The notes under the pieces were generated by a model. The model searched no databases, was not told where the DNA came from, and was given only the letters and a program-made list of their open reading frames with translations. The translations under genes were made by a program, and so were the position numbers. Shown in pieces: positions 1 through 9,378 of a DNA stretch of 64,000 bases. The stretch lies in the IMG/VR virus record IMGVR_UViG_3300042261_002385, positions 124,001 to 188,000 of that record, one strand, 5' to 3'. Position 1 is the first letter of the stretch. The number at the start of each line of letters is the position of its first letter.

Positions 1-1875
1 TTTACCGATATTTAATATAAGTGATGATACCGCAATGACACCTGCTAAGATTAAAATAACAAGTCCACCTTTTAGTGCATCAACTGGTTTTAGAACTTTA
101 CCTATGATCTTAGTCGCAAAGGCGTAAGCAACAAATATAATTGCTGTTACTAATCCAAAAACTAACAACTTTAGTATCATACCAAGTGTGAGTTTGTCAA
201 ATGATGATTTAAACTTGGCGAATATAAAAGCTGACAACGCCAGTGATAGTGCCATCAAAGTAAACAACACCGGTAGTAGAATTACTTGTTTAAGAGACAA
301 TTTACCTAAGAATTTTGAGGCAAAAGCCACTATAAAAACTACTACACCCATAGCAAACCCTAAGAAAAGTATTCTTAATATTGTTCCATAACCTAATGCA
401 TCAATTGACTTTTTAAACATAGGTTTAGCAAATATAAATGCTGAAAGAGCCAAAGCTAATGACATAGTCGTCAAGAAAAGAGGTAGTAGTAAAACTTCTT
501 TTATACTTAATTTACCTAATTTATTAGTTGCCATAGCCATTAAAAACGCAACAACACTTATACTAGCTCCTAAAAATAATATTTTGAATATTGTGCCATA
601 TCCAAGTTTATCAAACGAAGATTTGAATTCTGAAAATATCGCAGCAGAAAGTGCGATAGCTAATGCAATAGCAACCATCGCAATAGGTAATAGTAATATA
701 GCAACTGGATTTGTTTTTTCTAATGAGTTTATCAGTTTCGCAATACCTAACGATACAACAGCAAACATACCGGCGATTAATATTGCGGTGATTGCTTGCA
801 TAAATCCGATAGGTTTAATCTGGTTTAAAGCGTGAGATGACCATGTGATACCTTTAGCAATCATAAACATTATCAGTGGTAGACCTAAAATAATTGCAAA
901 CATTTTACCCATTCCAATTGAAGTAGTCTTAAAACCAAAACCTCCACCACTCGCCTGTTGTGAGGTTGTTAAAGACGTAATCAAACCAGCGATACCTCTA
1001 GCGACTATAGCAAACATTACACCAATCAAAATTGCAGTCAATGCTTTCGGGATTGATATAGGTGTAATTTGTGCCAAAAATTTAGATGACATCATAATCC
1101 CTATTGACATAGAGACCATAAGAAGAGGAAGCATCACAGCTGCTTTTAGAACTGTTCCAAATGACATACTTTGCGTCTTCATCTTCATACCTCTGAACTC
1201 CACATCCTGAGATGTTGTCATCGCAGCAATTAATTTTGATATAGCCGGAGCTACTAAAGTGAAGAGTAGAGCTATTGAAGCAGCGGTCAAAATTTGAGGT
1301 ATAGTTATTGGTTTAATCTTTGATAATAACCAAGAAGAAACCATAATACCTAAAGATGCGATGACCATTATCGCCGAAGTAATTGCAGCTTCTCTTATAG
1401 TCATTGGTCCACCAGTTGCGCCCGTAATTTTAGCTACTCTTTCAAACGCAAAAGCTACTAACATAATACCAATTCCAAGTGCAATTACGGAAAGAATATT
1501 TACTTTACCTACAATTTTAAATGCTAAACCTATTGCTAATACGGCTATTGCGATTAATAAAATAGTTGCTACACCTTTTTTGAGTTGAGATTCTTTCTTA
1601 GGATCTCCACCTTCCATAGGTTCAGTTTTTTTATCATCATTTTTTTGTTTACAAAGACCAATTATGGTTTGTTGATTTTTAAGAATCTCTTGAGTATCAG
1701 TTTTTATAGATTTAATTTCAACACTTATTTGTTCCAAAGATTTACCAAAATCTCCAGATTGTAAGGCAGCACCCGTGTCTGACTTCTTTCCATCATCTTT
1801 CTTCTGTAAAGCCTCAACTAATGCTTCCAGTCCGAGTGATAAGTTATCTAATGCTGCTAATAATTGTTTATCCAT
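1..1875 (-). CDS. Tape-measure-like protein, 3'-truncated by window edge (not in ORF track)
   Basis: ATG at 1875 (MDKQLLAALDNLSLGLEALVEALQKK...), open to position 1; long Ala/Ile/Leu/Gly-rich hydrophobic helical repeats (e.g. SSFDKLGYGTIFKILFLG / KSIDALGYGTILRILFLG); late-type promoter at 1899-1909. The + strand ORFs at 188-1588 are its antisense shadows. Confidence 0.7.
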   Translation of the reverse strand, partial: MDKQLLAALDNLSLGLEALVEALQKKDDGKKSDTGAALQSGDFGKSLEQISVEIKSIKTDTQEILKNQQTIIGLCKQKNDDKKTEPMEGGDPKKESQLKKGVATILLIAIAVLAIGLAFKIVGKVNILSVIALGIGIMLVAFAFERVAKITGATGGPMTIREAAITSAIMVIASLGIMVSSWLLSKIKPITIPQILTAASIALLFTLVAPAISKLIAAMTTSQDVEFRGMKMKTQSMSFGTVLKAAVMLPLLMVSMSIGIMMSSKFLAQITPISIPKALTAILIGVMFAIVARGIAGLITSLTTSQQASGGGFGFKTTSIGMGKMFAIILGLPLIMFMIAKGITWSSHALNQIKPIGFMQAITAILIAGMFAVVSLGIAKLINSLEKTNPVAILLLPIAMVAIALAIALSAAIFSEFKSSFDKLGYGTIFKILFLGASISVVAFLMAMATNKLGKLSIKEVLLLPLFLTTMSLALALSAFIFAKPMFKKSIDALGYGTILRILFLGFAMGVVVFIVAFASKFLGKLSLKQVILLPVLFTLMALSLALSAFIFAKFKSSFDKLTLGMILKLLVFGLVTAIIFVAYAFATKIIGKVLKPVDALKGGLVILILAGVIAVSSLILNIGK

Positions 1876-1898
1876 AAAAAACTTTTAGTATTCACAAC

Positions 1899-1909
1899 TA
1901 TATATTAAA
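1899..1909 (-). promoter_or_regulatory. Putative phage late promoter TTTAATATATA
   Basis: Exact copy of a motif recurring upstream of ~25 genes in this window. Confidence 0.65.
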
Positions 1910-1956
1910 ATCAACATACTCTTTAGAATATATAATTAGAAGGAGAATGATTAATT

Positions 1957-2421
1957 ATGAAAATAAAACGACTTATTAAATATTATCTTTTAGGTGAATC
2001 TCTAAAAGAAATAGAAATGAATAGAATTCTAGATAAAATATCAAAAAAAGTAAAACTTACTGACAGAGAAAAGGGATTCTTAGAACTTTATAATCTAACA
2101 GTAACTAAATCAGAAGATAAAGATTGGATGATGTTATCAAAAAGTGCAACCTCAACAAAGGTAAAAGAACTAATCGACTCAAATAGAAAAGTAATTTGTG
2201 ACTTACACGATAGAAATGGAAAAATAGGTCTTCAAATTATAAATGTTTTAGATAGCATAGAAGAAGAATTCTCAATTTTAGAACTCAAAGGTGAAGAAAA
2301 TCACAAATTACAGGATAAATTTCTTTACAATTTAATATATAGTGTAAAGAAAAATGAATATTCTCTACAAGAACACGATGAGTATTTCGAAAAATTAACC
2401 GTAGAAGGTGGTGAAAATTAA
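1957..2421 (+). CDS. Hypothetical protein with DUF6576-like helical hairpin
   Basis: 154 aa; MNRILDKISKKVKLTDREKGFL resembles the ILDKIS..LT..E..FL motif; basic N-terminus weakly resembling the CTS-like peptide. Confidence 0.55.
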   Translation: MKIKRLIKYYLLGESLKEIEMNRILDKISKKVKLTDREKGFLELYNLTVTKSEDKDWMMLSKSATSTKVKELIDSNRKVICDLHDRNGKIGLQIINVLDSIEEEFSILELKGEENHKLQDKFLYNLIYSVKKNEYSLQEHDEYFEKLTVEGGEN

Positions 2422-2725
2422 AAAGTATCAAAATTTTATCTCTGAAGAAATATCAGGAACCGAGTTAGTTGGTCCAGTAGGACCGGCGTATGGTGAAACG
2501 AGAACTCAGAACAAAACAGTAAATAAGTCTCACACATCTCTTGTTGGAGTAGAAGATAGAAATAATCCAAATTCTCAGAACAGTCTCACAAGTGATCTTT
2601 TCTTTGAAGATGATTACAATAAAATACATAATGATTATCTGAAATCCGGTGGAAATCAGAATCAACTTACAGGTAACAAACAAGATGATATAGCTATAAT
2701 GTTAGATTTTTTACAAGAAAACTAA
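2408..2725 (+). CDS. Putative internal head protein (CTS-like N-terminus)
   Basis: Starts MVKIKKYQNFISEE, like T4 capsid-targeting sequence MKTYQEFIAE. Confidence 0.55.
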   Translation: MVKIKKYQNFISEEISGTELVGPVGPAYGETRTQNKTVNKSHTSLVGVEDRNNPNSQNSLTSDLFFEDDYNKIHNDYLKSGGNQNQLTGNKQDDIAIMLDFLQEN

Positions 2726-2765
2726 CTTTTTATATATAATTTGATAAAAACAGAAATCAAAATTT

Positions 2766-4112
2766 ATGAGTAAATTAATTAAACTAAACACAAGTGAGGA
2801 TAAAGCCCTTTTAAACGATATCTTAAATGATGAGTTAATAGTAATTGAAGACATACAGGGTTCTAAAATCTGGATTAAATGGGATGGTCAAAATTTTGAA
2901 ATAAGACCAAAGTCAATAACGAATGAACCAATCAATTTAATCGATTTAGCAATGCAGAATTACTATAATCCTGTCACTAAATTCTTCTCAGAATTAGATG
3001 ATAGAGTTAAAAGTTTACTTAATCGTAAGTGGTGGTTTTGTTTTGAGTATTTTCCTGATGAACAACCGGCTAATATTGAATATTCTAGAGTTCCAAAGAA
3101 TCATTTAGTATTGAGTTCTATAAATAAAGGTGGTAAATTTGAATTTAATATTGAAGAACTTGATGAATACGCAAGATTATTTGATGTAGATTTGATTCCA
3201 GTTATTTATCAAGGTCAATTGACCGAGACTATGAAAGAAGCAATTATCTACTTTCTAAACACATCTGAAGAAGATTTAGAGTATGTTTTTGGTGATAAAT
3301 CATTTTCTTACTTTTTTTACAAAATATTGAATCCAATTTCTGAAAACTCATTTTTGATGGAAGAAGATTTTCAACAGAATTTAGAAAAATTAATAATTCG
3401 AAGTTCAAAAAGAGATATATCTTTCGAGTTACTGAATCCACTATACAAAAGAATGAATGACTCAAACACAACTGAGTTTGTTGAAATCTACACACTAATA
3501 CTAATTAATTTCTTAAATTTCTGTCAATCAGTGCAATTAGAAAGTGTGAAATTAAAAGGTGATACAAAAGAAGAGATGTATATTTACTTAATTTGCAAAT
3601 TATTCAATATTTATGTATCAGAAGTAAAAGAAGACCTACTTAATTTTGATTTTGTTGTTCCGGAATTTTTTGATAAAGAAAAATTTAAAATAAACACTGA
3701 GTTAATTAAAAATAAATTGACTAAAGATTATCTTAAAGAAGATGATAAACTTGAATACATCTTCAAAGTAATTTTAGGCTCATTTAACAAGAAAAGAAAA
3801 AAACCAATTGGTATCTTTACAGAAAATACCGTAAAACTATTTAATAAATTTGTTGATGATATTGAAGTCTATTTAGGTCGATATCTAAATAAAATTCAAG
3901 AAATTGAACTTGGAAGAGCTGGATTGTTAGACTTTGGTGATTTCTTTGACATTCAGTATGATACAGATGCAGAAGGTCAGGTTTATCCAGATGTTTATGA
4001 TGAGTTTGAAAAAGAAGAAGAAACTGGTAAAAAGAAAAAAGGTAAAGGTGGTAAATTTCCAGTAGGAGCTCCAACTAAAGAGGCACCATCTAAAGAAACA
4101 CCTACTAAGTAA
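2766..4112 (+). CDS. RNA ligase 2-like nucleotidyltransferase-fold protein, probably catalytically degenerate
   Basis: IEDIQGSKI (motif I position, Lys absent), FCFEYF, HLVLSSI, ARLFDVDLIPVIYQG, LEKLIIRS follow Rnl2-type motif order; acidic/basic C-tail. Confidence 0.5.
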   Translation: MSKLIKLNTSEDKALLNDILNDELIVIEDIQGSKIWIKWDGQNFEIRPKSITNEPINLIDLAMQNYYNPVTKFFSELDDRVKSLLNRKWWFCFEYFPDEQPANIEYSRVPKNHLVLSSINKGGKFEFNIEELDEYARLFDVDLIPVIYQGQLTETMKEAIIYFLNTSEEDLEYVFGDKSFSYFFYKILNPISENSFLMEEDFQQNLEKLIIRSSKRDISFELLNPLYKRMNDSNTTEFVEIYTLILINFLNFCQSVQLESVKLKGDTKEEMYIYLICKLFNIYVSEVKEDLLNFDFVVPEFFDKEKFKINTELIKNKLTKDYLKEDDKLEYIFKVILGSFNKKRKKPIGIFTENTVKLFNKFVDDIEVYLGRYLNKIQEIELGRAGLLDFGDFFDIQYDTDAEGQVYPDVYDEFEKEEETGKKKKGKGGKFPVGAPTKEAPSKETPTK

Positions 4113-4312
4113 TGAACTCAATAAATCTAAATATGACTTCACTAGAAGTTAAAGCAGAGTTAAGACCCTTAAAGTGCGAATGGACACGTGAAATGGCTAA
4201 AGATTTACAACATCATAGAGATGTGGATATGAGTTCCTTTGAACTGTTTATTGCAAAACAAATAAGAGCTAATAATCGCAAAAATTCAATCAAAAATATA
4301 TTTCTTAATTAA
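4112..4312 (+). CDS. Small protein containing a gp23-type major capsid protein segment
   Basis: VKAELRPLKCEWTREMAKDLQHHRDVD resembles gp23-family AKSRQLKAxWxxELAQDLxAxHGxD; ends NRKNSIKNIF. Confidence 0.6.
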   Translation: MNSINLNMTSLEVKAELRPLKCEWTREMAKDLQHHRDVDMSSFELFIAKQIRANNRKNSIKNIFLN

Positions 4313-4344
4313 AAACCATATCTTCTATTCCATATATAAATTAT

Positions 4345-5574
4345 ATGAGAATCTCAAACGAATTAGAGTCAGTATACCGTTCCACAATCACTCAAAAGTT
4401 AGACAAAAAAACTAAATCTCTACAATTTTTACCAAAAAGTTTAGAAGAAATCAGTAAGAAAAAACATTTCTATTTTTCGGAAAAAAAACTGAAAACAGCT
4501 TATATTATTGACATCGTTCATAATATGATACTTAAGTACTACTTCAAAAAAGAAAACAAATTTACGATTAATGCGACTGTTTTAAAACAGAAATATGGAC
4601 ACGAGTATAAAGCTTATGTTGATTTTTTGATTTATAAACAAATTATAAAAATGAAATGTAACTATAAAGCAGGTGTTACTTCTAGAATTTATGAATTAAA
4701 TCCAATAACTTTTAAACAACCAATAAGTCGAGTAAAAAATGACGATAAGGTTCTTTTAAAAAAATATAAGAAAAAAATATACGACACAATAGATTTTGTT
4801 AAAAAAGATGACTCTTCAATTCAACCAGAAATTAGAGAAAAATTAATTTCAGACCTTTTTAGTGTTGATATTGACTTTCAAAGAAGTATATTCTTTTTGA
4901 ATTGCTTGAAAAAAGAAGATATTGACATATATAATAGAAATATCTATTCGGTAGAGTCTATTAACGACAAGCACATATTTTATCACTTCGATAACTATGG
5001 TAGATTACATACAAATTTTACAATACTAAAATCATTCATTAGAAAAAACTGTTTACTAATTGATGGAGAAGAAACTTGTGAGATTGATATCAATAATTCA
5101 CAGCCTCTTTTTTTGTGCAAGTTGATACAAGAAAGTGAAACTAATTGGGTGAATAAAGATGAATTTGATTTCTTTAGAAATTTAGTAATGAATGGTAACT
5201 TTTACCAGTATTTAATTCAAATTACCGGTGAAAAAGATAGAAATAAAGTCAAAGAAATGACCTATAAAGTTCTTTTTGGTCACAATAGAATAAACTCAAA
5301 ATCTGATAAAATATTTTCACAGTTATTTCCAACAATACATCATTTTATTAAGCTTTATAAAAAAGAATGGGGTAATCATAAAATAGTAGCTCATGACCTA
5401 CAAAGAGCAGAGTCAAATTTAGTCTATAACAAAATTATTAAAAAGATAATGTTACTACATCCAGAAATAAAGATTATCACAGTTCATGACTCAATAATAT
5501 TTGCAAAAAAATATAGACAAATTGTCCAATCTATTTTTGACTATGAATTATCAAATGAATTTAATTTAAAGTAA
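4345..5574 (+). CDS. Minimal family-A/T7-type polymerase-like protein with N-terminal winged-helix-like region
   Basis: HFDNYGRLHT, EIDINNSQPLFL (motif A), RNKVKEMTYKVLFG (motif B), TVHDSII (motif C); 409 aa, no exonuclease motifs seen. Confidence 0.6.
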   Translation: MRISNELESVYRSTITQKLDKKTKSLQFLPKSLEEISKKKHFYFSEKKLKTAYIIDIVHNMILKYYFKKENKFTINATVLKQKYGHEYKAYVDFLIYKQIIKMKCNYKAGVTSRIYELNPITFKQPISRVKNDDKVLLKKYKKKIYDTIDFVKKDDSSIQPEIREKLISDLFSVDIDFQRSIFFLNCLKKEDIDIYNRNIYSVESINDKHIFYHFDNYGRLHTNFTILKSFIRKNCLLIDGEETCEIDINNSQPLFLCKLIQESETNWVNKDEFDFFRNLVMNGNFYQYLIQITGEKDRNKVKEMTYKVLFGHNRINSKSDKIFSQLFPTIHHFIKLYKKEWGNHKIVAHDLQRAESNLVYNKIIKKIMLLHPEIKIITVHDSIIFAKKYRQIVQSIFDYELSNEFNLK

Positions 5575-5597
5575 ATTCAAAATTTAATATATAATTT

Positions 5598-6137
5598 GTG
5601 ATAGATTTAAACAGTCCTAGATTATCTTTTATTCTAATTTCATCTAATTCTTTAGATGATATGATGTCTATATTGTGGGCAAAAAACTACCAGATTATTC
5701 CTATCAAAGGATACTATAAAGGTCAGTATGAGGACTCTGCAATGGCTTTTGCTCCTGTTGATAATGATGAGCTAAGAAAGGAATTAATATTTTTATTAAA
5801 TCACTTTAAACAAGAATGTGGATTTATTAAATACTTTGGAGAAACTGACGTAACAAAAGTTTTTGCAGATGGTTCTGAAAAACCAATGGGTATAACTCTC
5901 TACAATACAGATGAAGAAAATATATCCTATCTTTATAACGGTATGAGTTTTTCATTTGTTGAAAAAGTAAGATATTGGAAACCTACAAAATTAGAAGATT
6001 TTAAAGTAGGAATGTTAGTTGAATATCTAAACAATAATAAGTGGTATCAGAAAAAAATTGAAGATCCAAAGAGTGACTGGGATAGTATGTTCAAGCTACT
6101 GACTAAATACGATAAAGTAAGAGTAGCTTCAATTTAA
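5598..6137 (+). CDS. Hypothetical protein
   Basis: 179 aa, GTG start 4 nt after TTTAATATATA (5583-5593). Confidence 0.6.
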   Translation: MIDLNSPRLSFILISSNSLDDMMSILWAKNYQIIPIKGYYKGQYEDSAMAFAPVDNDELRKELIFLLNHFKQECGFIKYFGETDVTKVFADGSEKPMGITLYNTDEENISYLYNGMSFSFVEKVRYWKPTKLEDFKVGMLVEYLNNNKWYQKKIEDPKSDWDSMFKLLTKYDKVRVASI

Positions 6138-6478
6138 TATTGTAGACTATCATATGTCTGTAGTAATCTCTGTGACAATTGTTCTTTTTGTTCTTCTGTG
6201 AGCTCCTGACTAAACTCATCTTCAAACCACTCAACTAACTGGTCAGCAACTACTTCTTCAGCCTCACCAGAACCGTGTTCATCATACCATTCTCTTTTAG
6301 TCTCGTATTCGTATCCGCCTCTACTAATTTCTTTGAGGTTTTCATCATCAACCCAGTTTTCGATTTCGTCATCTACTTTATTTTTAACATCATATTCAGG
6401 AAAATGGTGTTTTATCTTAGCCATCGTGAAATCAATGTCAAAGTCTCTAAAATTTTCATATTTTTTTAATACTCTCAT
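6134..6478 (-). CDS. Acidic putative internal head protein (CTS-like)
   Basis: Starts MRVLKKYENF; ATGA overlap with upstream gene. Confidence 0.6.
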   Translation of the reverse strand: MRVLKKYENFRDFDIDFTMAKIKHHFPEYDVKNKVDDEIENWVDDENLKEISRGGYEYETKREWYDEHGSGEAEEVVADQLVEWFEDEFSQELTEEQKEQLSQRLLQTYDSLQY

Positions 6479-7239
6479 AGTTGAAAAAAATCTTTTAATG
6501 ATTTAAGGAAATTATTTATTTGTTGAATCTCTTGTTCATTTCCTTCCTCTAATATATATTTAATAGTTTCATTTTCAGAAACATATTTATAAGCTCTTAA
6601 TTTGTCACCATATTCAAATTCACCAAGAGATTTACCGATATATCTTTCTAAGTCTTGTTGTAAACCCTCTGAAGTTTCCCATCTTTCGAATACATCTGAA
6701 TCATCTTCATCATTATAATCTAATTCTTCTAAATCTGTAGTATCTAAGATATCAATTGATTTTTTGACAGAATCACCGAATCCTTCTCTATATACCCAAC
6801 TGTCATCACACATGTCTAATATATCCTGAGCGGTTTTGTTAAGGTGATTGATTCGTCTTTCGGTTTTATCTTTAACAGTTGCCCAAAGAGAAGTAGTAAG
6901 GTCTTCAAATAAACCAAACATTGAATAGTCATCATCAGAGTCAATTCCAAATTGATTGTCATTGTAAAGTTTATTTTCATAATCTTTTACTAAGTCAAGT
7001 AACTCATCAAGACCACCTTCACCAGTCAATTTTGAATCTATGAAAGATTTCAAATCAGATTGAAAATCTTCACTATTAACAATTTTTGTATCATGATAGT
7101 AATGTTTTTCATGAACATCAATTACCTTATTAATAGCATTCTTACATCTACCAACAGCTACCAAAAAATCAAATTCTAAGTCTTCATTTTCTGAATTGGA
7201 TTTACCCCAGAATTCCTCATATAGTTTAATAGTTCTCAT
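6475..7239 (-). CDS. Acidic putative internal head protein (CTS-like)
   Basis: Starts MRTIKLYEEF; 254 aa, Asp/Glu-rich. Confidence 0.6.
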   Translation of the reverse strand: MRTIKLYEEFWGKSNSENEDLEFDFLVAVGRCKNAINKVIDVHEKHYYHDTKIVNSEDFQSDLKSFIDSKLTGEGGLDELLDLVKDYENKLYNDNQFGIDSDDDYSMFGLFEDLTTSLWATVKDKTERRINHLNKTAQDILDMCDDSWVYREGFGDSVKKSIDILDTTDLEELDYNDEDDSDVFERWETSEGLQQDLERYIGKSLGEFEYGDKLRAYKYVSENETIKYILEEGNEQEIQQINNFLKSLKDFFQL

Positions 7240-7242
7240 TTT

Positions 7243-8247
7243 TTATTTTATTTTTAAATGTATATAAAGCCAAAATGATTCTGGTTTAACGCTAATCAAT
7301 ACTTTATTAGACCATTTTTTTGTCATTAACCAATTTGTAAAATTGTTTTTGATATTTTGATATTCACCTTCATCAAGTTTTCCATTATCCCAACGACCAA
7401 CTCCGTAGTATCCAAAAGTTATAACTCTATCTCTCAACATAGGAGTAAGTTTTTTTTCAAAATAACCAGGAGTAAAAGTCTTCATATCTAGTTTAATCTG
7501 ACCTATTGTCAAAATATCTAAATAATTTAGATTGACTATCTCTTTCTTTAAGGAAGAGGCCGATTTTGATTCTAAACTTAGAATCCATTTTACAACTGAT
7601 TGTGATAGTTTAAATTGACCAATTGGAAATCTCATATCATATTCAATACCATATTCAAACTGACCAGAACAATTTAGTCCAAAATATAAACCAAGTTCAT
7701 TCTTACCATAGTCTATTAAATGAGTATATCTATCTAAACTTCTAAATCTTGCAAATATTTGTCTAACGAATTCAGAATTTAAATTCTGAAAAGAATAATA
7801 AAGTAGAAAATCTTCAGGACATAAAGACCAGTTAGGATTTGATTCTTTCAGACCCAAAGCTGTAAGTGACTTTAAAAATGAATTAAAAATACCTTTACCA
7901 GCTACACTCACTTCAGATTGAACCTCAATTGATTCACCCAATAACTCAGTTGTATCAGTAGAAGGTGTGACTACAGGTTGTTTATCCTGTATACCATTTT
8001 GTAGATAGTTTTCTATTTGAAGTTTTATTTCAAGTTTTGCTCTATCGTCTAATAAATTTACCGCATTTACTAAATCAATTGTTGGATTAATATCCTCTCC
8101 ACCATATAGTTTATTATGATCATCAATATATCTATTTACAATATTCAATATATATTCATCTTCACAAAGTGATTCTATCCACTTACCAAAAGACTCGAAA
8201 TCTTCAACAGATTCGGAAATAAATTGTAAATATCTTTTTATCAACAT
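7243..8247 (-). CDS. Putative internal head protein (CTS-like)
   Basis: Starts MLIKRYLQFISES; late-type promoter at 8252-8262, 4 nt from ATG. Confidence 0.6.
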   Translation of the reverse strand: MLIKRYLQFISESVEDFESFGKWIESLCEDEYILNIVNRYIDDHNKLYGGEDINPTIDLVNAVNLLDDRAKLEIKLQIENYLQNGIQDKQPVVTPSTDTTELLGESIEVQSEVSVAGKGIFNSFLKSLTALGLKESNPNWSLCPEDFLLYYSFQNLNSEFVRQIFARFRSLDRYTHLIDYGKNELGLYFGLNCSGQFEYGIEYDMRFPIGQFKLSQSVVKWILSLESKSASSLKKEIVNLNYLDILTIGQIKLDMKTFTPGYFEKKLTPMLRDRVITFGYYGVGRWDNGKLDEGEYQNIKNNFTNWLMTKKWSNKVLISVKPESFWLYIHLKIK

Positions 8248-8261
8248 AGTCTATATATTAA

Positions 8262-8894
8262 TTATAAATTTTGAAAGTATTTCAAAATTCTTTTACTTAG
8301 TCTGACTCTTGGATCTTCTTCATCTCTACCAAGGTCTTGATAACTCAAAATAAATCCAAAACTTAATAACATTCTATCAAATTTGAATTCTTCTGACCAG
8401 TGTTTATATAATGAGGCCTCAAAGCAGTATAAATCTTCTTCATCAATATTTAAAATATCTTTGTCTACATAAAAATCATAATTCTCTGATTTTAGACTAA
8501 TATTACATTTATAATTTATAAAACCATCAACAGTAGCATCATAATGTGGTCGGACTTTTCCACCAGAATTCATTTCAATTATTTGAAAAAAAACTCTATT
8601 TTGAGGTATTTCAATTGTCTGTGAAATCCTCTCAATAACACTATAGATTACACCAGGTATCTCTTGGTTGATAACATTGTTACTTGATTGAAATTTACAA
8701 ATTTCTATTGTTTCTTTTGTTTTAGAAACATCAAACATATAAGAATTTCCTTTTAATTCTTTACGAACCTCTTTGATGTGATTATTTGTCACTACCTGAT
8801 TTTCTATAGATAGTGAATTTATCCAATTAATAATTTCCGTCTTTTCATCTGAAGAGATGAATTTTTTTATTACTTTATGATTTTTAGATTCCAT
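8262..8894 (-). CDS. 2-oxoglutarate/Fe(II)-dependent oxygenase
   Basis: GGKVRPHYD (HxD) ... YKCNI ... LYKHWS (distal His) double-stranded beta-helix pattern. Confidence 0.7.
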   Translation of the reverse strand: MESKNHKVIKKFISSDEKTEIINWINSLSIENQVVTNNHIKEVRKELKGNSYMFDVSKTKETIEICKFQSSNNVINQEIPGVIYSVIERISQTIEIPQNRVFFQIIEMNSGGKVRPHYDATVDGFINYKCNISLKSENYDFYVDKDILNIDEEDLYCFEASLYKHWSEEFKFDRMLLSFGFILSYQDLGRDEEDPRVRLSKRILKYFQNL

Positions 8895-9115
8895 TTTGTC
8901 AAGAATTCTTTTGGTCCTGATATTTCCATAGTAGTTATTTCTGCCTTACTTAATAATTCCTGAGCTTTCTTCCCATCGACTACCATACTACAAAATCTGT
9001 GTGTTACTGGAAGTTCTCCAGATTCTGAACAAGGTATTGTTAAGATATTATCTCTTTTCATTTTTTCTCTCACTTGTTCTAATTTAGACTCCTCACATAA
9101 TATACAAATTCTCAT
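8870..9115 (-). CDS. Hypothetical protein
   Basis: 81 aa ORF in a tightly packed operon. Confidence 0.55.
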   Translation of the reverse strand: MRICILCEESKLEQVREKMKRDNILTIPCSESGELPVTHRFCSMVVDGKKAQELLSKAEITTMEISGPKEFLTKWNLKIIK

Positions 9116-9123
9116 ACATTTAT

Positions 9124-9372
9124 TTATTTTTTTAAAAGATTTCTTATTTCTCTAGCTTCAATTAGCGTCATTGGTTTTCTTTTTGAAAAATCTACAATTT
9201 CTTTCAAATCTTCGATTGAGTATGAATTTAATAATAGTTCTTTAATACTTTCACACTCATGATAAGTCATGAGTAAAGCTTCTGATATACTATCGCTCCA
9301 TGTATTATCTTCAGATGAAACTAGAAATTTATTATCCGATCTTCTTTTTATTAGTTTTACCATTTTTGTCAT
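9124..9372 (-). CDS. Hypothetical protein
   Basis: 82 aa ORF in operon; ends EAREIRNLLKK. Confidence 0.55.
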   Translation of the reverse strand: MTKMVKLIKRRSDNKFLVSSEDNTWSDSISEALLMTYHECESIKELLLNSYSIEDLKEIVDFSKRKPMTLIEAREIRNLLKK

Positions 9373-9378
9373 TTATTT

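Noticed and set aside
188-1588. Four + strand ORFs (188, 584, 845, 1361) rich in Ile/Ala/Asn/Pro
   Set aside because: Antisense shadows of the long minus-strand tape-measure-like ORF.
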